Under the pieces are notes generated by a model. It worked only from the letters and a program-made list of their open reading frames with translations. It ran no database searches and was not told the DNA's origin. Positions 44,015 through 53,600 of a stretch of DNA of 64,000 bases are shown here, piece after piece (the first letter of the stretch is position 1; each line of letters starts with the position of its first letter). Both the position numbers and the translations under genes were made by a program. The stretch comes from Calditrichota bacterium (GTDB taxonomy: Bacteria; Calditrichota; Calditrichia; Calditrichales; J004), in assembly GCA_003696775.1 (NCBI GenBank), contig RFFS01000015.1:10386-74385 (forward strand), read 5' to 3'.

Positions 44015-47000
44015 ATGGAAAATGTACAGGATATTTATCCCCTGTCGCCCATGCAGCAGGGGATGTTGTTTCATACTTTATACGCACCGGAAAGCGCGAA
44101 TTATACCGAACAAATGAGCGCTGAATTTAACGGGCCGCTTAACATTACAGCCTTCCGGCAGGCCTGGCAATGCGTGCTCGATCGTCATGATGTGCTGCGC
44201 AGCGCCTTTGTCTGGGAAGATGTGGATGAACCGCTGCAGGTGGTGCATGAATCCCTGGAAATCCCTTTTGAACTCCTGGACTGGAGCGGCATCCCGGATG
44301 AGACTTTTCGCGACCGTTTTGAAAAGTTGAAAATTAAAGAACGTGAGCAGGGGTTCGATCTGACCGACGCGCCGCTGTTGCGTGTAAAAATTGTTAAGCA
44401 GGACGCACATCGCCACGGATTTCTTTTCACCTATCATCATATTTTATTAGACGGATGGGCCATGCCCATCGTACTCGGCGAATTATTTAGTCTGTACGAC
44501 GCCAATGATAAAAACAAAACACCCGATTTGCCTCCTGTCCGCCCTTTTAAACACTATATCGCCTGGCTGCGGGAACAGGACAAGGATCAAGCGGATCGCT
44601 TCTGGCGCGATCGATTAAGCGGCTTTTACAGCACCACGCCTCTTGTGGTGGATCATCCGCCGTTGGAAGGCGTCCGACCATACATCAAAAAACATTATGA
44701 ATGTGGCGTGGAAACGAGCCAGGCCCTGCATTCCTTTGTCCGCGAAAATAAATTGACTTTAAATACGGTCATGCAAGGCGCGCTGGGTTTGGTACTGGCC
44801 TATTACAACCGCACCGATGATGTGGTGTTCGGCGCGACGGTTTCCGGACGTCCCTCGGAAATTCCGGGCATCGAAAGCATGGTGGGTTTGTTTATCAACA
44901 CCCTGCCCGTGCGCGCGCGTTTCGATTACAGGGAAAAACTGATCGATTATCTCAAACGGCTGCACGCGGAACAAAATGAAGCCCGGGTTTACGAATACAC
45001 CCCTTTGGTGGATATAAAAAAAGTCAGTGAACTCTCCGATGATCAACCGTTATTCGAAACGCTGTTTGTATTCGAAAACTATCCGGTGGATGAATCGGTC
45101 AAACAGCAAAAATCGGATATCCATATTACCGATGTGGCTGTTTTTGAACGTAGCAACTATCCTTTAACCGTAGTGGCGTCTTCCGGCATGCCGTTAGCAT
45201 TGCAAATGGCTTTTGATACCGCCCGTTTATCCGAAAAAGCGGTGGATCGGCTGGCCGGTCACCTCATCCGTGTCCTACAAACCCTGATTGAGCAACCCGA
45301 CGTTTCGATAAAGGACATACGCTTTATAACCGAAGCCGAGGAGAAGAAACTTCTTGAAGAGATGAATGCCACCCGACGGCCGTATCCAGCGGATAAAACC
45401 GCCATTCAATTATTTGAAAAAATGGTCGCTTTGTATCCCCGCAATCGGGCCGTGGAGCATAATGATGATCATTTAACCTATGAAGCCCTTAACCATCGCG
45501 CCAACGGATGGGCCGCTTATTTGCGCAAACAGGGTGTGACCCCGGGTGGTTTCGTGGCGCTTTGCCTGCCCCGTTCCGTCGATATGATCACGGCCACCCT
45601 GGCCATACTGAAATGCGGCGCGGTGTATATTCCCATCGATATGGAATATCCCGTGGAGCGCATTCAATACATCGTCAACGATTCCAATGCCGGTCATGTG
45701 ATCACTACCGATGCCATCCATGACGCCGCCGGATTGGATGTGACGTTGATCTCCTTAAAGGAATTGCGGCAACAAGAGGCGGTGAACGAAAATCCGCCTG
45801 TCATGATAAGTGCCGATGCCCCGGCCTATATGATATATACTTCCGGTTCCACCGGAAAACCCAAAGGCGTTCTTTTACATCACAAAGGTCTTTCCAATAC
45901 CATCCACGCCCAAATAGAAGATTTTGGCATCACACCGCAATCCAACGGGCTGCAATTTGCCAGTTACGGTTTTGACGCGGCGGTCAGCGAGGTCTTTTCC
46001 TGTCTGATGGCCGGCGCCACGCTGCATATCGTGGAAAAGGAAACCATTCTTAACATAGACGCCTTCAGCGCGTTTTTAAAAGAGCATAAAATTTCATATG
46101 TCACCTTGCCGCCATCCCTGCTGACGCTCCTGGCCAACAGGGATTTTCCCGATCTTAAAACCGTTATTTCCGTGGGCGAGGCCTGCTCCCGCGCCCTGGC
46201 CCAAAAATGGAAAGACCGTTACCGCTTCATCAACGGATACGGCCCCACCGAGGCCACCATCGGCTGTGTTTGGAGTGTTGTAGAAAACTTGCCGGTCGAA
46301 GCGCGCACGGCGCCCATCGGCCGTCCCATATACAATGACAGGGTTTATATAGTGGACCCGTTTATGCGCCCCACACCCGTGGGCGTCCCCGGTGAGTTGT
46401 GCATCGCCAGTCCCGGATTGGCCATCGGATATCATAAACGCCCCGATCTCACGGCGGAAAAATTCATCAACAACCCTTTTTCCACGGATGAAGGCGCCCG
46501 AATATACCGCAGTGGCGACCTGGCCCGCTGGCTCGATGACGGGGTAATTGAATTCATCGGACGAATTGATTTTCAGGTAAAAATTCGCGGTAACCGTATT
46601 GAATTGGGTGAAATTGAAGCGGTTTTAAATGACTATGAAGCCGTTCGTGACGCTGTGGTCATCGCTCTGGGTGACGCGCCGGAAAGGATGCGACTGGCAG
46701 CTTATATCATCCCCGCCGGGGATAGCGTGGACCTGACCGCTTTGCGCGGTTATCTGACCGAAAAGCTACCCGACTATATGCAGCCCGCAGCTATCACCGT
46801 CATGCAGGCTTTTCCTCTCACACATAACGGAAAAGTAAACCGCCGCGCGTTGCCGGAACCCGACTGGGAGGCTCAAAGCGAAGATAACACCACGACCGCG
46901 GCCACCACTCCCGTGGAGGATGTGTTGCTTTCTCTGTGGCGCGATGTGTTAGGGGTAACAACCTTGTCAGTACATGATAACTTCTTCCATTTGGGCGGGC

Positions 47001-50000
47001 ATTCCCTGCTGGCCACCCAATTGGTATCCCGTATCCGTGATGCCTTTGATGTGGAAATCCCCCTAAAGAAACTCTTTGAACAGCCGACCGTCGCGCATCT
47101 GGCCGGGCTCATCCAACAAGCCCGACAAAACGAACGGGGCTTTACCCTGCCGCCGCTTACCGCAGGCCCGCGTCCGGAACATATCCCCTTATCCTTTGCC
47201 CAGCAACGTTTGTGGTTTCTGGATCAGCTCCAACCCGGCGGCACTTTTTACAATATCCCGTCCGCTTTCCGGATCGAAGGACCGCTGCAAGACAAGGCGC
47301 TGGAAAATGCGCTGGCTTCGCTCATGCAAAGACATGAAATCCTGCGCACCACTTTCGCTGAAAACGGTGGTAAACCACGTCAGATCATACATGAAGATAT
47401 GCCTCTGCCCCTGTCCCGTGAAGACCTGAGCGACGTGCCCCGGACAACCCTTGACGATGAAATCCGTGAACGGGTTCGAAAGGATGCGCTTCATGTGTTC
47501 GATTTAACAACCGGCCCTCTTTGGCGGGCATGTTTGTACAATATCGGAGATAATCAACATATATTCTCCCTTAACCTGCACCATAGCATCGCCGACGGTT
47601 GGTCGATGGGTATTTTCATGGCCGAACTTGCCGAACTGTATCGTTCCGCGGTGGAAGGGTCGCCCGCCCGTTTGCCGGACCTGGAGGTTCAATATGCCGA
47701 CTATGCCTTATGGCAACAAAACTGGCTGCAGGGTGAAATACTCACACAACAACTGAACTATTGGCGTGAAACGATCGGTGAAGACCCGCCTGTTTTGGAA
47801 CTGCCGCTGGATTGCCCGCGTCCGGCTGTACAAACCTTTAACGGCGCGGCTTTGACGCACACCCTGCCCGATGATCTCAGCCGGAAAATTTTTGAAGAAA
47901 GCGCCGCTTTCGGTGTAACGCCCTATATGCTGATGCTGGCCGCCTTTCAGGCCCTGTTGCATCGTTACAGCGGTCAGGATACCGTCATCGTCGGTTCCCC
48001 GGTGGCCAACCGGAACCATAGCGGCACCGAAGGGCTTATCGGCTTCTTTGTCAACAATCTCATCATTAAAAGCGATTTTTCCCAACAACAGGCTTTTGAA
48101 ACGCTATTACTTGATGTACGCGATACCATGCTGGAGGCCTACGCCCATCAGGATGTGCCCTTTGAGAAAATAGTGGATGCCCTGGTCACCCGTCGCGACA
48201 CCAGTCATGCGCCCATTTTTCAGGTAATGTTCGTCTATCAAAACCTGCCACAACAGGAGGCCACGACTTCCGATATCCACTTGCAACAACTGGAATATGA
48301 ATCCGTTACATCAAAATTCGACTTGTCCGTGACCATTAATCCCGCGGAAACGGGCATGGCCTGGCAATTCGAATACAATACGGACCTGTTCAATGCCGAT
48401 ACCATTGAACGTATGATGCACCATTATGAAAACTTTTTGCGTGAAGCGTTGGAAGATAGCGAGCAATATATTCATGAAATCGATTATTTAAGTGAAGAAG
48501 AAACCCGTTTATTAACGGAAAACTGGAACCGGACATCTTCTCCTTTTGAACAGGAAAAATGTGTTCATGAACGATTTGCCATGCACGTAAGCGCGCAGCC
48601 GGATCATCCCGCGTTGCAATTCGGCGAGAAACGCATGAGTTATCGGGAGCTGGATCAACGCTCTTCGGAGCTGGCCGCTCAACTTTTGGAAAAAGGCGTG
48701 CATACGGAAACACGGGTCGGCATCTGCCTGCATCGTTCCTTTGAGATGTTCATCTCCATTCTGGGGGTGATGAAGGCCGGTGGCGCTTATCTGCCTCTGG
48801 ACCCGGGTTATCCCTCCGAACGGCTGGCTTATATGATGGACGACGCCCGCACACCGGTTGTATTGACAAGCGGTGATACGCAAACCCTTTTGGAACCGGT
48901 GATTACGACATTACAACAGCCCCCCGTCTTGTTAAATGTGGAAGAATTGACCACCGCGCCTCCGTCGGCCTCGTTACCGGATATCTCACCGGAAAATCTG
49001 GCTTATGTGATCTATACATCCGGTTCCACGGGCCGTCCCAAGGGGACATTGCTGAACCACAAGGGTTTGGTGAACCTGGCTGAAATTCAACGTCAAAAGT
49101 TCGGAATCTCCCCCCAAAGCCGTATCCTGCAATTTTCTTCTTTCAGTTTTGACGCCTCCGTATGGGAATTGGTTATGGCATTGTTAAATGGCGCTACCCT
49201 GGTGTTGATGCAACAGGAAACAGCCGTTTCCGGAGACGCCCTGACCGATTTGATGGCGCAGCAGTCTGTTACGACCGTCACCTTGCCGCCGTCGGTTTTA
49301 TCCGTATTCCCGGATAAGGAACTGCCAGACTTACAAACCATCATAACCGCCGGCGAAGCGTGCAGCGCGGAGTTGGTTAAAAAATGGGGCCGCGGCCGTC
49401 GTTTTTTCAACGCTTACGGTCCCACGGAAACAACCGTTTGCGCGTCCATGTACGAAGCCTCTCCGGAGGCGGATACCGCGCCGCCCATCGGCAACGCCAA
49501 TCCCAATTTTCGCTTATATGTTCTGGATGACCACGGCGCCCTTGTTCCGGTGGGCATACCCGGTGAATTATGTGTGGGCGGTGTGGGACTGGCCCGCGGT
49601 TATCATAACCGTCCGGAACTGACCGCCGAAAAATTCATTCCCGACAGATATTCAGGCATCCCAGGCGCGCGGTTGTACCGTACCGGTGATCTGGTGAAAC
49701 GACGACCGGACGGTAACATTGAATTTCTGGGACGCATCGACCATCAGGTGAAGGTACGCGGTTTTCGTATTGAACTGGGCGAAATTGAAGCGGTGCTGGC
49801 CGGCATGGATGGGATTCGTGATGTGATTGTCCTGGCCCGTGAAGACCGGCCGGGTGAAAAACGTCTTGTGGCCTATTGTGTCACCGATCCTTCCATGGAG
49901 ATCAATGTTTCGGCTGTAAAGAATCATGCGCGGAAACATTTACCGGATTATATGGTGCCGGTGCATTTTATGATGTTGGCATCCATGCCTTTAACGCCCA

Positions 50001-50392
50001 ACGGTAAAGTGGATCGAAAAGCCTTGCCCGCCCCGGAGGGAGATCGTAGTCAGTTGAATGTTGAATTCATTGCCCCGAGAAATGAAACCGAAGAAAAACT
50101 GGCGGCTATCGTCAGTGAATTACTCCATGTGGAAAAAGTGGGGGTTTATGATAACTTTTTCGATCTCGGTGGGCATTCGCTTTTGGCCACGCAATTCATG
50201 TCGCGCATACGAAGCACGTTCGACATCGAACTGCCTTTGATGACCTTATTTGAAAAGCCGACCATTGCCGACTTAAGCGATCAGGTGGAGATAGCCAGGG
50301 CCAGTGGCATGAAAGCCAAGCCTAAAATTGAAAAGATTGAAAGGGCCGCGCGTCCGACGGCACGTCGCCCTGCGCGCCGGTCAAGAAAATAA
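44015..50392 (+). CDS. NRPS, two modules (about 2125 aa from ATG 44015): DCL-A(?)-T-LCL-A(Phe)-T
   Basis: ORF-track ORF 44003..50392. I prefer ATG 44015 because GAGGA at 43997..44001 is 13 nt upstream of it, whereas TTG 44003 is only 1 nt after that motif. [13 protein letters not shown] plus HHILLDGWA (DCL), [66 protein letters not shown], basic C-terminal tail. Confidence 0.9.
   Translation: [2125 protein letters not shown]
44030..45310 (+). other. DCL-type condensation domain
   Basis: [23 protein letters not shown] (HH at about 44434). Follows the E domain of the previous protein. Confidence 0.75.
45472..46857 (+). other. Adenylation domain, unassigned code DASTIVGIGK
   Basis: FDAAVSE (D,A,S), VTLPPS (T), VISVGE (I,V), [11 protein letters not shown] (G,I,G). 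The D-A-S-T start resembles Tyr-type codes, but Gly at 322 and 331 does not match any code I can recall. Confidence 0.3.
48635..50030 (+). other. Adenylation domain, Phe code DAWTIAAVCK
   Basis: [30 protein letters not shown]. Confidence 0.7.
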
Positions 50393-50401
50393 TGCATTAA
50401 A

Positions 50402-50449
50402 CCACGAAGTCACTAAGTTCTTTCTCTTTGCGTCTTAGAGTCTTTGTGG
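50402..50449. repeat. Intergenic imperfect palindrome, cassette 2 unit 1
   Basis: CCACGAAGTCACTAAG ttctttctctttgcgt CTTAGAGTCTTTGTGG. About 13 of 16 arm positions pair, plus one G-U. Confidence 0.8.
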
Positions 50450-50471
50450 TAAAAAAATTAAATGAATAAAA

Positions 50472-50527
50472 CTACTCAGGCACGAAGACACTAAGTTCTT
50501 TCTCTTTGCGTCTTAGAGTCTTAGCGG
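50472..50527. repeat. Intergenic imperfect palindrome, cassette 2 unit 2
   Basis: CTACTCAGGCACGAAGACACTAAGTTCTTTCTCTTTGCGTCTTAGAGTCTTAGCGG. Confidence 0.8.
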
Positions 50528-50550
50528 TAAAAATAATTAAAAGAACAAAA

Positions 50551-50598
50551 CCACTCAGGCACGAAGACACTAAGTTCTTTCTCTTGGCGTCTTTGTGG
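50551..50598. repeat. Intergenic imperfect palindrome, cassette 2 unit 3
   Basis: CCACTCAGGCACGAAGACACTAAGTTCTTTCTCTTGGCGTCTTTGTGG. Confidence 0.8.
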
Positions 50599-50622
50599 TA
50601 TAAATGAAAAAAACGAACGCAT

Positions 50623-53600
50623 ATGGCTGAATACGAAATTACCGAAGAACAATCGTACAGTTTTCCCACATCGTTTGCCCAGCAACGCTTATGGTTTTTA
50701 GATCAGTTTGAGCCAGGCAGTCCCTTTTACAACATCCCCACGGCGGTACGTATCATCGGGAAATTGGACATACCGGCCCTGCAGGATACGATAGATGAAA
50801 TCGTCTATCGTCACGAATCGCTGCGCACAACCTTCGACAAAGTGGATGACGAACCTGTACAGGTGATTCATGCCGATATGGTTTGTCCGTTGGAAATTGT
50901 GGACCTGCGCGCCTTACCCGCCGATGAACGCGAGGCCGAGGCGCAACGCATGGCCACCAACGAAGCGCGTACACCCTTTGATCTAAAAACAGGTCCCCTG
51001 TTCCGTTCAAAACTGATCCGTTTGAAAGATGATGAAGCCATCATGCTCGTCACCATGCATCACATTATCAGCGATGGCTGGAGCATCGGTGTTTTTATGC
51101 GTGAAGTGGCTCTGATTTACGACGCCTTTAGCAAAGACCGCGATGTGCCTCTTCCCGATTTGCCCATCCAATACGCCGATTTTTCCAAATGGCAAAGGGA
51201 CTGGTTGCAAGGGGAAGTGCTGGAAAAACAGATGCGTTTTTGGAAGGAGACACTCGGCCCGGTGCCGCCGGTGTTGGAATTGCCCACGGATAAACCACGT
51301 CCGGCCATCCAGTCGAATCGTGGCGCCAACTATCATCACCGCATCCCGCGTGCCCTATATGACCAACTGGTGGCTCACGCCCGTCAACAGGGTGTCACCC
51401 CCTTTATGGCTTTGTTGGGCATATTCTACTTGTTGTTGCATCGATACAGCGGACAGGACGATATATGTGTCGGTACCCCCATTGCCAACCGCACCCAGGC
51501 CGAAACAGAAGGTTTGATCGGTTTTTTTGTCAACACTCTTGTTTTGCGCGCCCAAATAAAAGATGGTATTTCTTTCAATCAATTGTTGCAGGAAATCCGT
51601 CAACATACCCTGCAAGCCTACGCCCATCAGGATGTGCCGTTCGAAATGCTGGTGGAAGCCCTGCAACCGGAACGCAGCATGAGCCATTCCCCGCTGTTTC
51701 AGGTGATGTTCATTCTGCAAAACGCCACCGGTGACGGCCACGCCATGCAAAATGTGTCCGCCGCCGATACCATCCGGATGGAACAAATAGAAGTGGATGC
51801 CGGCACATCCACCTTTGACATTACGGTTTCCCTGGCGGAACAAAACACGCATCTTCTCGCTTCAGTGGAATATTGCACCGACCTGTTTGAAAAAGAAACC
51901 ATGGCGCGCTTCATACAACATTATGAGAATTTGATCCGTGCCGCGCTGTCGCAACCGGATGTTCCTGTTTTCAGGTTACCCGTGCTCAATCAACAGGAGC
52001 AGAAGGTCATCCTGCAAGACTGGAACAACGGGCCTGTTCACTATGAATGGCGGCGCTGCATGCACCATCTGGTGTCGGAGCACGCCCGGCAAACACCCGA
52101 AGCCGTTGCCGTGGCGATCGACGGCCGGCATCTCACATACGGCGCATTGGAACGCCGCGCCAATCAATTGGCCCGACGCCTGATCAAGGAAGGCGTTCAA
52201 CCCGAAACAGCGGTGGGCATCTGTCTGGAAAAATCGCACGATTTGATGATCGCCGTGTTAGCCGTGCTCAAAGCGGGGGGCGGTTACGTCCCCATGGACC
52301 CGGATTATCCCCCGGAACGGCTGGCCTATATGATAGGGGATGCCCAAACACCGGTGTTACTCACCCATACTTCCCTTCTGGAACGCCTGCCGCAAAGTCC
52401 GGCACGGCCGATTTGTCTTGATCATGAAGCGGCGGCCCTGGACGCCCTGCCGGACACCGACCCACAAGTAGCGGTCGCCCCGGATAACCTGGCCTATATG
52501 ATCTATACCTCGGGAACCACGGGAAAAGCCAAGGGTGTTTGCATCGCCCATCAAAGCTGGGTGAATTCCTATTTTGCCTGGGAAAGCGCTTACGAATTAA
52601 AAACCCGTTGCCGTTCACATCTGCAAATGGCCAATTTTTCTTTTGATGTTTTTGCCGGCGATACCATCCGCGCCCTGGCTTCCGGAGGCAAACTGACCCT
52701 GATCCCCAGGGATACCCTGCTCAACGCTGAAAAATTGTATGCCGAAATGCTGCGGGAACAGGTAACCATCGCCGAATTCGTGCCGGCGGTTCTACGCAAC
52801 CTGACCGCTTATCTCGACAGCATCGGCAAAGACCTCTCTTTCATGCGCTGTCTGATCGCCGGTTCCGATGCCTGGTATGTGGGTGAATACCGTCAATTTT
52901 TGGAATACGGCGGCGCCGATACCCGTCTGATCAATTCCTTCGGCTTAACAGAAGCGGCCATTGATAGTACCTATTTTGAAGCGGCCCAACTGGACCTGCC
53001 CGCCGACAGGCATGTCCCCATAGGTAAACCCTTTAGCAATATGCAGGTTTATATTGTGGATCGCTATCTCAATCCCCAACCCATCGGTGTACCGGGGGAA
53101 ATATGCGTGGGCGGAGCGGGAGTGGCCCGCGGCTATCATCATCGCCCGGAACTGACGGCGGAAAAATTCATCCCCGATCCGTTCAGCGGGCAACCCGGCG
53201 CGCGCCTCTACCGTACCGGCGACAAAGGAAAATTTTTGCCGGACGGCAACATCGAATTTATGGGAAGAATCGATTTTCAGGTCAAACTACGCGGTTTCCG
53301 CATCGAACTGGGCGAAATCGAATCCAATTTGTCCCGCCATCCCAACATCAATCATGCCGTGGTGATTGTCCGCGAAGATACGCCGGGTGATAAACGGTTG
53401 GTGGCGTATTACACAACGGAAGATGATCAATCGCTGGAAATCACCGTACTGAAGCGATTTCTGTTGGAGAAGTTGCCCGACTATATGATCCCCAATGCCT
53501 TTGTCCGACTGGACAGCATTCCCTTAACGCCCAATGGCAAGGTGGATCGCAAAGCGTTACCGGTGCCCGGCGACAAAGACTACGGCGCATCACAGGAATA

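Noticed and set aside
50604-50630. 8-codon upstream ORF (MKKTNAYG*) whose TGA overlaps the start of the last NRPS gene, a possible coupling leader
   Set aside because: It is too short to support from sequence alone, and no equivalent exists in front of gene 3 after cassette 1. Noted only as something ribosome profiling could test.
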